DNA of 64,000 nucleotides from the NCBI GenBank assembly GCA_963664405.1, contig OY761158.1, positions 3,520,001-3,584,000 on the forward strand, read 5' to 3'. This stretch comes from Thermoanaerobaculia bacterium (GTDB taxonomy: Bacteria; Acidobacteriota; Thermoanaerobaculia; Multivoradales; Multivoraceae). The first letter of the stretch is position 1. Every line of letters starts with the position of its first letter. This document shows, one piece after another, positions 27,969-38,677 of this stretch. The notes below the pieces were generated by a model. It saw nothing but the letters and a program-made list of their open reading frames with translations. It did not search any database and was not told the origin of the DNA. The position numbers and the translations under genes were made by a program.

Positions 27969-28780
27969 GCCGCCTCCAGCTAAATCTCGCCCGGCGACCG
28001 TTCCTCAACCGCGGGCCGGTGCGCCGCTTCGTGGTGACGGCGTGGATCGTCGCAGCGCTACTACTCGCGTTCAATGTTCTACTCTGGCTGCGTGATCGAG
28101 AGGATTCCACCGACCTGCGTGCCCGATTGGCTGACGCTACTGGCGCGATCGAAACGCGGAGTCAGGCTATCCTCGACTCGACCGAGCGTGCCGAGAGTCT
28201 GGGCTTGTCTCGCCAGAACGCGCAAGTGGAATTCCTCAACCATAAGATCACCGAGCGCACCTTCCCGTGGAGCGTTCTCTTCGATCGCATCGGTGCCGTG
28301 CTCCCACACGGTGTTCGTCTCCTTAATTTGTCACCGGCGATCGAGAAGCGTAACGCCCGGCGACGTTCGAATCGATCTTCCAGGGCTGAGGAGGAAGAGG
28401 AGCTCATCGACTTGAATGTGATGGGCGAGGCGAAGTCGGACGAAGCTGTCTATCAGCTGCTCGATGCTCTGTTCGCCCATCCGGCGTTCACACAACCTCG
28501 ACTCTTCCGCGAGGCGACCGAGCTCGACGGAACGGTCAATTTCAACTTTTCTGTCAAGTATCGTCCCCGTCTGGCGGAGGGGACTGAGAGCCAGCCAGAG
28601 GAGGAAGAGCCCGAGCTTTCCTCGAGGTCGGCAGAGGAGGAGGAATCCGAGCCCCCCCCGAGCCCGGCAGACGAAAGCGAGGACGAGATTTTCAGTCGAG
28701 TCCAGGAGCCGCAAACAGCTTCGTCCGTGATCTTCCCTGAAGACTTCAATGAGCCCGAAGCGGTCGAGGAGGCGGAATGA
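27965..28780 (+). CDS. PilN-like protein
   Basis: N-terminal LNLARRP (INLLP-like), TM helix, coiled coil, WSVLFDRI..LPHGVRL and an acidic tail. TTG at 27965 follows CAGGAGG. Confidence 0.72.
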   Translation: MSRLQLNLARRPFLNRGPVRRFVVTAWIVAALLLAFNVLLWLRDREDSTDLRARLADATGAIETRSQAILDSTERAESLGLSRQNAQVEFLNHKITERTFPWSVLFDRIGAVLPHGVRLLNLSPAIEKRNARRRSNRSSRAEEEEELIDLNVMGEAKSDEAVYQLLDALFAHPAFTQPRLFREATELDGTVNFNFSVKYRPRLAEGTESQPEEEEPELSSRSAEEEESEPPPSPADESEDEIFSRVQEPQTASSVIFPEDFNEPEAVEEAE

Positions 28781-29367
28781 AGCTACCCGCCGCTTGGCGC
28801 TCCGGCTGGTGGATGTGGGCGCTGCCTCTGACATTCTGCTGTGTCAACGCGCTGGCACTGTTCTCTCATCCCGGGCTGAGGGGCGAAGGCTTCGCCGATA
28901 TGGAGTCGAGGCTGACGGAGGAGCATGTAGCTGTTGCGAGTCTCGAAAGTAAGGACCGCGAGCTGGCAGAGAGGCTCGCCACCGCTCTTGCCGGCAGGGA
29001 AGGGGTGCAGGGTCTCTACGAGGAACGTTTCTCGACCGAAGCCGAGCGCTTGACCGAGCTCATCACGCATGTCAAGTCCTTGGTGAACCGAGCCGGTCTC
29101 GAGGCCGCGAGCATTTCCTACCCAGAAGAGGCCATCGAAGAGTACGGGCTCATCAGCATGTCGCTCGTATTTGCCGTCGAAGGCGACTACGGCCAGCTCC
29201 GAACGCTGGTCAATCTTCTCGAGCTCTCGGACTATTTCTTGATCTTGGAGAAGGTTAGCTTGGGTGGCCGCCAAGAGTCTGCTCTAGCTGTCGGTCTCAC
29301 CATTTCCACTCTCTTCGTCGAAGAGAAGGTGCTCGGGACCAACTCCGCGCGGGGGTCTGTCTCATGA
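28777..29367 (+). CDS. PilO/GspM-like protein
   Basis: TM helix, coiled coil and VEGDYGQLRTLVNLLE. Confidence 0.7.
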   Translation: MKLPAAWRSGWWMWALPLTFCCVNALALFSHPGLRGEGFADMESRLTEEHVAVASLESKDRELAERLATALAGREGVQGLYEERFSTEAERLTELITHVKSLVNRAGLEAASISYPEEAIEEYGLISMSLVFAVEGDYGQLRTLVNLLELSDYFLILEKVSLGGRQESALAVGLTISTLFVEEKVLGTNSARGSVS

Positions 29368-29909
29368 GGTTGGCCCGCCGCGAAAGGTACCTACTCGTTG
29401 TGTTTGGAGCGGTGGCGCTGTTTCAGGCGCTGCGAATGACGGTTCCTTATCTCCGCAGCGGCGACCTCTCGCTGGCTGGTGGGCGGAGCGCTCTGCATAG
29501 GGCCGCGGAGGAGGCGACGATGGTTGAGGTGTCGAACCTTCAACTCGACGCTTTATTTGCTGGAGCGAGCGAGCTCGTTGTCGGCCGCAATCCTTTCCGC
29601 TACGCTGCGGCGCCTCCTCCTCCCCCACCGCCCAGGGTGGAGCGGCCGAAGGCGCCGCCCAGATTGCCGGCTCCGCCGCGTGACGTCGGACCGCGCCCGC
29701 CGGACGTCGACCTCACCTATCTCGGCAGCTTTGGCCCCGACCGCCATCGCATCGCGGTCTTCTCTGATGGCGAGACGATCTACAACGCGACTCAGGGCGA
29801 CACTCTGCAGGGTAAATTCATCGTGCACCAGATCGGCTACGAATCGGTAGACCTTCGATTTGTCAACTTTCCCGAAGTGGCGCCTGAGCGCCTAGCGGTC
29901 GGGGGTTAG
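29364..29909 (+). CDS. PilP/GspC-like protein
   Basis: TM helix, GRNPF motif, Pro-rich linker and a beta domain (YLGSFG..GDTLQGKF). Confidence 0.6.
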   Translation: MRLARRERYLLVVFGAVALFQALRMTVPYLRSGDLSLAGGRSALHRAAEEATMVEVSNLQLDALFAGASELVVGRNPFRYAAAPPPPPPPRVERPKAPPRLPAPPRDVGPRPPDVDLTYLGSFGPDRHRIAVFSDGETIYNATQGDTLQGKFIVHQIGYESVDLRFVNFPEVAPERLAVGG

Positions 29910-29927
29910 GTGGAGGAGAAGAGGACG

Positions 29928-32435
29928 ATGCGTGTCATTCGTGGCGCTTTTATAGGTGTGCTGACGGCAGCCCTTCTTTCCGGCTGCTCGGGCTACCAAC
30001 TCAAGCGCGAGGCCCAGGATGCGGAGCTGCTGGGGGATTGGGATGGGGCGGTGCTTCACTACATCGCTTTGGTACGCCAGGATCCCGGCAATATCCAGTA
30101 TCGCTCAGCTCTTCTGCGGGCCAAGATCCAGGCTTCGCACGCTCATTTTGAGCTCGCCAAGCGGTTCTACGAGGCGGGTCATCTGGAAGAGGCTCGCGTC
30201 CAGTTGCAGGAGGCCGTCCAGCTCGACCCGACGAATCAGTACGCCCAAGTCGAGCTGAACAAGGTCCGTGAGGCGCTGCAGGCGCACCGTGAGGCCCGCG
30301 ACATTGCCACCAGCCTGGACACCTTGAAGGACAAGACGCGAGGCGCGCTGGCACAGCCACCGGTCCTGGATCCTCGGTCGACCGAGCCCATCGATCTAGA
30401 TTTTCCTGAGCCGGTCTCGGTCATGGATATTTACCGTGCTCTGGGCAAGGCCTTCGGTATCAATGTCCTGTTCGACCCCAAGCTCAGGGACCAGGAGATC
30501 GCGATCGAGTTGAAGCAGGTCGTCGCGCAGGACGCCCTCGAGATTCTGATGCGTGCGTCTGGCCACTTCTACAAGGTCGTCGATGAGCACTCGATCATCG
30601 TAGCCGCCGATACTCCTCAAAACCGTCGCGCCTACGAAGATCTGATGATCCAGACCTTCTTTCTCTCGAACTCCGACGTGCGCGATGTGATGACGATGCT
30701 GCGAAGCCTCATCGATTCTCGAAAGATCGCGGCGAACGAAAGACTGAACGCGATCATTCTGCGCGACACGGCCGACAAAGTGAAAGTTGCCGAGAAACTC
30801 ATTCGCACCAACGACAAAGCGCGCGCCGAGGTGGTCATCGATGTCGAGTTGATGCAGATCAACTCGAACAAGCTGCGAGAGATCGGACTCTCGCTTGACC
30901 CCGGCAACACAATTGGCTTCACCCTCGACGGCGAGCAAATCGAAGGTGGCGAGGGGGAAGAGGGCGGAGGCGGTGGCTCGACTATTCGCTTCTCCGATCT
31001 CGAGTTCCTCGATGCATCGAGCTGGCTGGTGACGATTCCGAGTTTTCTCGTCGACTTTGTAAAAGAAAACACGGACGCCCAGATCCTCGCCAAGCCGCAG
31101 CTGCGAATCAGTGAGGGCGAGCACGCTACTTTGGTGATTGCGGACCGGGTGCCTATTCCGGTCACCAGCTTCAACACCGGTAACACCATCGGCGGGAATA
31201 TCGTGCCGATCACTTCTTTTCAATACCAGGACGTAGGTATCACCATCGATATCGAGCCCCGCGTTCATCACAACAACGAGGTCAGCCTGATTGTTGCTGT
31301 CGAGGTTTCGAACATAGCTGGCAATATCGGCGCCCAGCCGATCATCGGCACGCGCAATATCAACACCAGTATCCGCTTGAAGGATGGCGAGACCAATTTC
31401 CTTGCCGGGTTGATTCGCGTCGACGAGCTCAGAACCGACACTGGGATTCCGGGACTTTCTGAGATTCCGATTATCGGTCGCTTGTTTTCGAAGCGAGGTA
31501 CTCAAACCCAGCGAACGGACATTGTTCTCACCCTCACTCCCCACATCATCCGCCGCGCGGACATTACTGCCGAGGACTTGCTTCCGATCTGGGTCGGAAC
31601 CGAGACCAACTTCAGCTTTGGCGGCGGCAGTCCCCGGGTGGAGTCAGAGTCCGAGGGGCCTTTCGAGGAGGATGACGGTGAGGCGGCGGAAGCTCAGGAT
31701 CGTCTGCGAGAGCGACTCCGGCAGCTGCCCCGTGGCCTACGCGAGCAGGGGCCCGCCGGGGAGGGGGATGCAGAGGACCTCGACGAGCCGAGTACCTTGG
31801 AGCTGGCTCCCGCCTCGGCTCCGCAGCGCCGCGGACGACCCTCTCTATCCGGTGCGGAAGATCGATCCTCACTCGATTCGCCGGATCTTCCGGCGCCGAT
31901 CGAGGTCATGGATCCCGCCGATGACGGCGTGATGTACGCCGCCGTGGAGGCTGCTCCGGTTGGCGGAGGCCTCGAGCTCTCACTTCGAGCACTGCGGCCA
32001 GCGGTCTCCCGCGGCGAGGTCTTTGAGGTCGTACTCGATGTTGTGGCGGAAACTCCGGTCTCCCATCTACCTCTGAGGCTGACCTACGACGAGCAGGCGA
32101 TCGAGCTGATCGATATCGAAGAAGGGGACTTCCTCGGTGGCGGACAGGAGAGTCAGCTTCTATTCGACACGAGCCGGCCCGGTGTGATCGTTGTCGGCGC
32201 CAGTCGACTAGGCCGGAGTCACGGTGTTGCAGGAAGAGGCGAGCTTCTGACCCTTCAGTTTCGGGCACTGCAAAGTGGCGTGGCGGAGGTTGGCTTCGAA
32301 AAGAAGCAGGCGCTCAACAGTCTTCTGGAGCAAGTGGGTCCGTTGAGGACCAGCGCCGCCAAGGTAGTGGTTGAAGAGGGGGATGTCGATTCGGGCCGCG
32401 AGCCTCTCGAGCTTGCACCCGTTCTCGAGCCCTAG
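29928..32435 (+). CDS. Secretin (GspD/PilQ family) lipoprotein with N-terminal TPR and C-terminal cohesin-like domain
   Basis: Lipobox LLSGC, TPRs, N domains, secretin motifs (ILAKPQL, YQDVGI, LKDGET, IPGLSEIPIIGRLF, LTPHII), an acidic linker, then a cohesin-like beta sandwich (LTYDEQ..GELLTLQFRA). Confidence 0.88.
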   Translation: MRVIRGAFIGVLTAALLSGCSGYQLKREAQDAELLGDWDGAVLHYIALVRQDPGNIQYRSALLRAKIQASHAHFELAKRFYEAGHLEEARVQLQEAVQLDPTNQYAQVELNKVREALQAHREARDIATSLDTLKDKTRGALAQPPVLDPRSTEPIDLDFPEPVSVMDIYRALGKAFGINVLFDPKLRDQEIAIELKQVVAQDALEILMRASGHFYKVVDEHSIIVAADTPQNRRAYEDLMIQTFFLSNSDVRDVMTMLRSLIDSRKIAANERLNAIILRDTADKVKVAEKLIRTNDKARAEVVIDVELMQINSNKLREIGLSLDPGNTIGFTLDGEQIEGGEGEEGGGGGSTIRFSDLEFLDASSWLVTIPSFLVDFVKENTDAQILAKPQLRISEGEHATLVIADRVPIPVTSFNTGNTIGGNIVPITSFQYQDVGITIDIEPRVHHNNEVSLIVAVEVSNIAGNIGAQPIIGTRNINTSIRLKDGETNFLAGLIRVDELRTDTGIPGLSEIPIIGRLFSKRGTQTQRTDIVLTLTPHIIRRADITAEDLLPIWVGTETNFSFGGGSPRVESESEGPFEEDDGEAAEAQDRLRERLRQLPRGLREQGPAGEGDAEDLDEPSTLELAPASAPQRRGRPSLSGAEDRSSLDSPDLPAPIEVMDPADDGVMYAAVEAAPVGGGLELSLRALRPAVSRGEVFEVVLDVVAETPVSHLPLRLTYDEQAIELIDIEEGDFLGGGQESQLLFDTSRPGVIVVGASRLGRSHGVAGRGELLTLQFRALQSGVAEVGFEKKQALNSLLEQVGPLRTSAAKVVVEEGDVDSGREPLELAPVLEP

Positions 32436-32452
32436 GACTCGAAGAGGGGCTA

Positions 32453-32965
32453 GTGAGAAGTTACGCGGAGCAGGACGGTATGGCGAGGCGACGGTGGTCG
32501 CGCGGCCTGCGACTGGACGAAGGCGGCTTCTCGCTGGCCGAGCTGGTCATGGTCTGCGCCCTACTGGGGATCCTTGCCACCATCGCGATGCCGGTTGCCA
32601 AGTTCACTCATAAGCGTGTGCAGGAGAACGACCTTCGTCATCATCTGAGAACGATGCGCAATGCGATCGACGAGCACAAGCGATACAGCGATGCTGGCCT
32701 GCTGCCGCTGGAGCTGGGGAGCGATGGCTATCCAAAAGACCTGGAGGTTCTCGTCGAGGGCATAGAGGTGGTGGGACAGATCGATCGCAAGATGCGCTTC
32801 CTCCGCAAGATTCCGGTGGATCCCTTTACCGGCGAAGCCGAATGGGCGCTGCGTAGCTATCAAGACGAGCCCGACTCCGATAGTTGGGATGGTAAGAATG
32901 TGTACGACGTCCACTCGACCAGTGGAAGGATCGGCCTGAATGGCATTCCCTATTCCGAGTGGTGA
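32453..32965 (+). CDS. GspG-like pseudopilin
   Basis: GG|FSLAELVMV (E5), YPKDLEVLVEG, FLRKIPVDPFTG, VYDVHS and YSEW. Confidence 0.85.
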   Translation: MRSYAEQDGMARRRWSRGLRLDEGGFSLAELVMVCALLGILATIAMPVAKFTHKRVQENDLRHHLRTMRNAIDEHKRYSDAGLLPLELGSDGYPKDLEVLVEGIEVVGQIDRKMRFLRKIPVDPFTGEAEWALRSYQDEPDSDSWDGKNVYDVHSTSGRIGLNGIPYSEW

Positions 32966-33392
32966 CACTCACCGGTCTCGGCGTTTCGAGAGGGGGTTCA
33001 CTCTTCTCGAGCTGATTATCGTCATCGCCGTGATCGGCATTCTGGCTACGATCGCCCTGCCGGCGCTACGCAATCTGCCCCGAAGGGCCAACGAGGCGGC
33101 GCTGAAGACCGACCTACGCACGATGAGGGATCTGATCGATCAGTTCTACGGCGATACCGGTAGCTACCCACCGTCACTCGAGGCGCTTGTCGAAGAAGGG
33201 TACTTGCGGTCTGTGCCAATAGACCCGCTCACCAAGTCGCGGGAAACCTGGGTGGTGGAGTATGAGGAGCAGGGCGAGGACGAGTACTTCTTCGAGCCGG
33301 GTCTCGAGGGAGAGGAGGGAGTTGGGATCGTCGATGTCCATTCGGGCTCCGAGCTCCTCAGCTTCGACGGCGAGCCCTACAGCGAATGGTGA
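32940..33392 (+). CDS. GspG-like pseudopilin
   Basis: RG|FTLLELIIVIAVIGILATIALP, YPPSLEALVEEGYLRSVPIDPLT and YSEW. Confidence 0.88.
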   Translation: MAFPIPSGDTHRSRRFERGFTLLELIIVIAVIGILATIALPALRNLPRRANEAALKTDLRTMRDLIDQFYGDTGSYPPSLEALVEEGYLRSVPIDPLTKSRETWVVEYEEQGEDEYFFEPGLEGEEGVGIVDVHSGSELLSFDGEPYSEW

Positions 33393-34387
33393 GCACCTCG
33401 CGACAGCCTGTCCCCATTGCTCCGCTGCCACGGATCAGGCGGAGATTCGCCGGCCAGGAAGGCTACAACCTGGTGATGTTGGTTGTTGCCATTACGGTGC
33501 TAAACATCCTCGTTGCTTTGATCCTGCCGGTGTGGTCGCACCGGATCCGCCGCGAGAAGGAGGAGGAAGCAATCTTCCGGGGTCTCCAGTACGCCGAGGC
33601 GATTCGCGTGTTTCAGCTTCGCTTCGGACGCTTTCCGACGGCCCTGAAAGAATTGATCGAGGTCGAGCCCCCCTCGATTCGCCAGCTGTGGGAAGACCCA
33701 TTGACGGATCATGGTGAGTTTGGGCTGCTCGTTGACCTTCCCCAGGCTCGTCAAGGGAACGGGAATCAGAATCCACAGGAACTGGGAGGAAACCCGGCCG
33801 CAGACACCGCCCAGAACACACCCCCGAACCAGCCCAACGTGATAGCCGGCATTGGTGTTGGTTCCGGTAACCCAAAGCCTCCGGGAAACCAGCAGCTCAA
33901 CCTCGTCAAGTTGCCTCGCGGCGGCGATGATGGAGAAGAGACTCTCGTACAGGGCGCTGCAATTCATGGTGTCTACATCGACTCGTCCGAGCGGTCGATT
34001 CGTAAATTCATGGAGAAGACCAGCTACGACCAGTGGCTCTTTGCAGTCGAGATGCTGCCGGTGCCCGCCGCTGGGCCGGAGTTGCCGTTGCCGAATGTGC
34101 GAAGCGATTGGATCGGTAAGTCCTTTGCCGAGGGCCTCACCCCGGTTTCGGTGGCGGCAGCGACGAATGTGACTCGGGGGCAGGCCGGTCAGACCAGCCG
34201 GTCGGGCCAAAATGGTCAGTCGGCGGCTGGCGGCTCTAGGCGCCCTCAAGCTGGCGGTGATCAGAACTCGTCGTCGAAGGGTCTCGAAGATGCGAGGAGG
34301 CGTCTTCGCGACCGTCTCGGGAATCGAGATAGGGGAGACTCTAGCAACCGTGGTCGAGGCGGTAGCAGCCGCTTGCGCGGGGACTGA
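33386..34387 (+). CDS. Minor pseudopilin lacking E5 (GspK-like) with low-complexity tail
   Basis: EG|YNLVMLVVAITV, REKEEEAIFRG, FPTALKEL, IRQLWEDPLT and YDQWLF, then a Gly/Ser/Arg-rich C-terminus. Confidence 0.75.
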   Translation: MVSTSRQPVPIAPLPRIRRRFAGQEGYNLVMLVVAITVLNILVALILPVWSHRIRREKEEEAIFRGLQYAEAIRVFQLRFGRFPTALKELIEVEPPSIRQLWEDPLTDHGEFGLLVDLPQARQGNGNQNPQELGGNPAADTAQNTPPNQPNVIAGIGVGSGNPKPPGNQQLNLVKLPRGGDDGEETLVQGAAIHGVYIDSSERSIRKFMEKTSYDQWLFAVEMLPVPAAGPELPLPNVRSDWIGKSFAEGLTPVSVAAATNVTRGQAGQTSRSGQNGQSAAGGSRRPQAGGDQNSSSKGLEDARRRLRDRLGNRDRGDSSNRGRGGSSRLRGD

Positions 34388-34423
34388 CGATGACGGCGCG
34401 GCATCTCCATCAGGTGCACTCAG

Positions 34424-34888
34424 ATGGATGAAGTAGCTCCTCCCGCCTTGTGCGTTCGCGTGCATCGTTTGGAGCACGGCTTGGAACTTTCTCTTCCGCA
34501 GGCGGCGTCGGCTGCAAGTGCAGGCTGCGATCTGCGGGCAGCTCTTACGACTCCTCTCACCCTGGGTTCGGGAGATCGAGGTTTGGTGCCTACCGGTATT
34601 GCCGTGGAAATACCCGTGGGCTGGGAGGGACAGGTTCGGCCGCGCAGTGGTTTGGCTCTGCGCCATGGAGTGACAGTTTTGAACGCTCCCGGAACCATCG
34701 ATGCGGACTACCGAGGAGAGATCGGTGTTGTCCTCATCAACCACGGCTCTGAGCCCTTCGTGGTCGAGCGCGGTGCTCGCATTGCCCAGATTGTCTTTGC
34801 GCCGGCGGCCAGAGTGACCTGGGAAGAGACCCTCGTACTCTCGCATAGCTCCAGAGGCGGCGGAGGCTTCGGGTCGACCGGTAGCTAA
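34424..34888 (+). CDS. dut: dUTP diphosphatase
   Basis: AGCDL, RPRSGLA, PGTIDADYRGEI, RIAQ and RGGGGFGSTG. Confidence 0.96.
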   Translation: MDEVAPPALCVRVHRLEHGLELSLPQAASAASAGCDLRAALTTPLTLGSGDRGLVPTGIAVEIPVGWEGQVRPRSGLALRHGVTVLNAPGTIDADYRGEIGVVLINHGSEPFVVERGARIAQIVFAPAARVTWEETLVLSHSSRGGGGFGSTGS

Positions 34889-34941
34889 TCCAGGCTGCTT
34901 CGTGGCTTCGGCAGCGGCGCTTTCGCCGCCGTTGGCTTTGG

Positions 34942-35175
34942 CTAGGGGTCAGTGCCCACGGATCGAGTATCGTCGTCGTCTTCGAGTCCGTCGACGATCT
35001 CCTGCAGGAGCTCTTTGAGACCGATGGTGTAAGTGGCGAGGTCGGAGAGGCGTCGTTCCAGCTCCGCAGTGCTTGGACGAACCAGTGATCCCGAAGGGGG
35101 CCGTACCTTGTGGGTCCATTGCTCGTCCAAGTACTCGAGCCTTAGTTTGATGTCTCTGAGGCGCTTATGTTCCAT
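34942..35175 (-). CDS. Small hypothetical helical protein
   Basis: 77-81 aa ORF just downstream of yqgE on the same strand, with an SD-like GAGGTGG. Confidence 0.5.
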   Translation of the reverse strand: MEHKRLRDIKLRLEYLDEQWTHKVRPPSGSLVRPSTAELERRLSDLATYTIGLKELLQEIVDGLEDDDDTRSVGTDP

Positions 35176-35220
35176 TGAGTCCACCACCTCGGGAGGGCCG
35201 CTCGGCCCAGGCCGGTTTGC

Positions 35221-35802
35221 TCAGTTCGCAGATCCGTTTCCGCTGGGCGTCCAGGAAGGGAGGGTCGCGGGATTGACGCCAACGGACTGGAGCGTACGCT
35301 CCCATGCGTCGGCGGGCTGACTATGGAAGATGAGCTCATCCTGAACCGGCGCGGTGAGCCAGTCGTTGCGAAGGATCTCTTTCATCAGCTGCTCCTCGCC
35401 CCAGCCCGCGTAACCGAGAACCAAGCGCAGATGCGGCGGCGGGTCCTTGGCGAGAACGGCGAGGTCACCAAAGTGTTGGGTGGTCGCGACCCCTGGCCAG
35501 ATCTCTGCAGCGGCACTGAGCCCCTGCGCATCACTCGGAGCGGAGCACAGGACGGTGCCGAGCTGGGGTCGAACCGGACCTCCGAAGTAGGCGAGCGCCT
35601 CCCTGCTCCCAGCCCACTCGATCTCCATGCTTTCGAGAATATCGGTGACAAGCAGCTCGGTAGGACGGTTGATGATGAGGCCGAAACTACCCTCGTCATC
35701 GTGGTGGAGGAGAAGCACGACGCTGCGATGGAAGATGGGGTCCCGCACCTGCGGCATCGCCGCCAGAAGCATCGGTGGATCGATCCCGTCGTGGATGCCC
35801 AT
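35221..35802 (-). CDS. YqgE/AlgH family protein
   Basis: LLAAMP..DPIFHRSVV, GLIINRP, FGGPV and LGYAGWGEEQL. Confidence 0.92.
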   Translation of the reverse strand: MGIHDGIDPPMLLAAMPQVRDPIFHRSVVLLLHHDDEGSFGLIINRPTELLVTDILESMEIEWAGSREALAYFGGPVRPQLGTVLCSAPSDAQGLSAAAEIWPGVATTQHFGDLAVLAKDPPPHLRLVLGYAGWGEEQLMKEILRNDWLTAPVQDELIFHSQPADAWERTLQSVGVNPATLPSWTPSGNGSAN

Positions 35803-35927
35803 GCGGCGATCATAACCTGGAGAGGTGGCCGTTTCTCGCTGCAGGGCGGCGCTTCTTGCTGGTAAAGTAGGAGTTCGGCCGCTGGGAAATCACTCCATTG
35901 GCTGGTCCCTCCGGGAGAATGAGATAG

Positions 35928-38666
35928 ATGAAGGATTCCTTTGCCACAGTGCGTACGCTCGATCTCGGTGGTGAGCGCGCGCAGATCGCCCACTTGCCCT
36001 CTTTAGAGAAGCAGGGCTTCAACCTTTCGCGCCTTCCCTACTCTTTGCGCATCCTGCTCGAGAACCTGCTTCGGCGAGAGGACGGCGAAGTCGTGCCGGC
36101 GTCGGATATCGAGGCTGTAGCCCGCTGGGAGGCAGCCGCCACTCCGGATGTGGAGATTGCATTCATGCCTGCCCGTGTGCTGTTGCAGGACTTCACCGGC
36201 GTTCCTGCAGTCGCCGATCTCGCCGCCATGCGCGACGCCATGAAAGAGCTTGGCGGCGACGCCCGCAAGATCAATCCCCTACAGCCGGCCGAGCTGGTGA
36301 TCGATCATTCGGTGCAAGTTGACGAGTACGGGAGCGCGGCTGCGTTTCTCATCAACGCGGACAAGGAGATGGAACGCAACCGTGAGCGTTACGCATTCTT
36401 GCGCTGGGGACAGAACGCCTTCCAGAACTTCAGGGTAGTGCCGCCCGATACCGGCATCGTGCATCAGGTGAATCTCGAATACCTGGCCAGAGTGGTGATG
36501 ATCGGCAGCGGGGCTGATGGCGAGAAGTGGGCCTACCCCGACACTCTGGTGGGTACCGACTCCCATACAACGATGATCAACGGCTTGGGAGTTCTGGGAT
36601 GGGGCGTTGGAGGGATCGAGGCCGAGGCCGCAATGCTGGGACAGCCGGTTTCTATGTTGGTGCCTCAGGTCGTCGGCTTTCGCCTGGTCGGAGAGCTCAA
36701 AGAGGGCACCACAGCTACCGATCTGGTGCTCACCGTGACCGAGCAGCTGCGGGCGCACGGTGTGGTGGGTAAATTCGTCGAATTCTTCGGTCCCAGCTTG
36801 GCGGCCCTTTCGGTCGCCGATCGCGCGACTCTTGCCAATATGGCTCCGGAGTACGGCGCGACCTGCGGCATCTTCCCTGTTGACGACGCCACCCTTCAGT
36901 ATCTTCGTCTCACGAGTCGACCGGCGGAGCAGATCAGCGCCATCGAGGCCTACACCAAGGAGCAGGGCCTGTTCCACAGTGCAGACTCGCCGCAGGCCGA
37001 CTACACCTCGGTGTTGGAGCTTGACTTGGGTAGCGTCGTTCCAAGCCTCGCCGGCCCTCGACGTCCGCAGGACCGGATCTCGTTGACCGATGTAAAGCCG
37101 GCTTTTAACCGCGATCTTCCCGGTCTTAAGGGAGCCGCACCGTCGGCTCCTCAGGGTGGTGGTGTGGCCGTCGCCGCTGAAGTGGAGAGGCCCCAGGTCT
37201 TGACCTCGCTAGGCGGCGAGGAGTTCACTCTCACCCACGGCTCGGTAGTGATCGCTGCCATTACCAGCTGCACCAATACTTCCAATCCTTCGGTGATGGT
37301 GGCTGCCGGCCTCGTTGCCAAGAAGGCTGTGGAGCTCGGCCTCGAGACGCGTCCATGGGTCAAGACCAGTCTTGCACCGGGCTCCAAGGTGGTGACGGAC
37401 TATCTTCGTGAGTCTGGGCTGACTCCCTATCTGGACAAGCTCGGTTTCAACCTCGTCGGTTACGGTTGTACTACCTGTATCGGCAACAGCGGGCCTCTGC
37501 GGGAGGAGATCTCCGAGGCTGTGCGCGAGGGCGATCTGGTTGCGGTATCGGTGCTCAGCGGTAACCGCAACTTCGAGGGTCGGATCTCGCCCGACGTGCG
37601 AGCCAATTATCTCGCCTCGCCGCCCTTGGTCGTTGCCTATGCGCTCGCCGGATCCGTCGACATCGATCTCCACCAAGATCCGTTGGGTCAGACGGAGGAT
37701 GGAACTCCGATCTACCTACGCGACATCTGGCCCACTGGGCGTGAAATAGCCGACACCGTCGCGCGGGTGCTGCACTCCGACATGTTTCACAAGCAGTACA
37801 GCGATGTCTTCGCCGGCGACGAGTCTTGGAACGAGCTAGAAGTGCCCGAGGGCAACAACTATCGATGGGAAGACGACTCGACCTATGTGCGCCAGCCGCC
37901 TTTCTTTGGCGGCATGCCGAAGGAGCCGGGGCCAGCGCGCGACCTCCATGGATGTCGCGCGCTGGCGGTTCTGGGGCGGTCAGTAACCACAGATCACATC
38001 TCGCCGGCCGGGACGATCAAGGTCGACAGCCCTGCCGGTCGTTATCTGACCGAGAAGGGTGTCGATCCTGGGGACTTCAATAGCTATGGCTCTCGCCGGG
38101 GCAATCACGAAGTCATGATGCGCGGTACCTTTGCCAACATCCGGTTGAGAAACCTCCTGGTGCCCGGGGTCGAGGGCGGGTTCACGAGGCATCTGCCGAG
38201 TGGAGAGGAGATGACGATCTTCGACGCGTCGATGCGCTACCAAGAGGACGGAGTACCACTGGTCGTCTTTGCCGGGCGGGAGTATGGAACCGGCTCATCG
38301 CGAGACTGGGCAGCCAAGGGACCGCTTCTCCTCGGCGTGCGCGCCGTGATCGCGGAGAGCTACGAGCGCATCCATCGCAGCAATCTGGTCGGGATGGGAA
38401 TAGCGCCGCTCGAGTTTCAGGCCGGCGACTCGGTGGAGAGCCTAGGACTGAGCGGGGCGGAAACCTTCGATATCGTTGGCCTGAGCGAGGCACTCGAGGG
38501 TGACTTCTGCCCCGGTTGCCCGATCCAGGTTGTCGCACACCGCGATGACGGTACTGCCCTCGAGCTGACCGTCAACCTGCGTCTCGATACGCCGCAGGAG
38601 GCGCTCTACTACCAGCACGGAGGCATTCTCTGCTACGTCCTCCGGCAGCTTCGGGGTCAGGGCTGA
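35928..38666 (+). CDS. acnA: Aconitate hydratase A
   Basis: [53 protein letters not shown] and [10 protein letters not shown]. Confidence 0.98.
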   Translation: MKDSFATVRTLDLGGERAQIAHLPSLEKQGFNLSRLPYSLRILLENLLRREDGEVVPASDIEAVARWEAAATPDVEIAFMPARVLLQDFTGVPAVADLAAMRDAMKELGGDARKINPLQPAELVIDHSVQVDEYGSAAAFLINADKEMERNRERYAFLRWGQNAFQNFRVVPPDTGIVHQVNLEYLARVVMIGSGADGEKWAYPDTLVGTDSHTTMINGLGVLGWGVGGIEAEAAMLGQPVSMLVPQVVGFRLVGELKEGTTATDLVLTVTEQLRAHGVVGKFVEFFGPSLAALSVADRATLANMAPEYGATCGIFPVDDATLQYLRLTSRPAEQISAIEAYTKEQGLFHSADSPQADYTSVLELDLGSVVPSLAGPRRPQDRISLTDVKPAFNRDLPGLKGAAPSAPQGGGVAVAAEVERPQVLTSLGGEEFTLTHGSVVIAAITSCTNTSNPSVMVAAGLVAKKAVELGLETRPWVKTSLAPGSKVVTDYLRESGLTPYLDKLGFNLVGYGCTTCIGNSGPLREEISEAVREGDLVAVSVLSGNRNFEGRISPDVRANYLASPPLVVAYALAGSVDIDLHQDPLGQTEDGTPIYLRDIWPTGREIADTVARVLHSDMFHKQYSDVFAGDESWNELEVPEGNNYRWEDDSTYVRQPPFFGGMPKEPGPARDLHGCRALAVLGRSVTTDHISPAGTIKVDSPAGRYLTEKGVDPGDFNSYGSRRGNHEVMMRGTFANIRLRNLLVPGVEGGFTRHLPSGEEMTIFDASMRYQEDGVPLVVFAGREYGTGSSRDWAAKGPLLLGVRAVIAESYERIHRSNLVGMGIAPLEFQAGDSVESLGLSGAETFDIVGLSEALEGDFCPGCPIQVVAHRDDGTALELTVNLRLDTPQEALYYQHGGILCYVLRQLRGQG

Positions 38667-38677
38667 AAGACTCGCGA

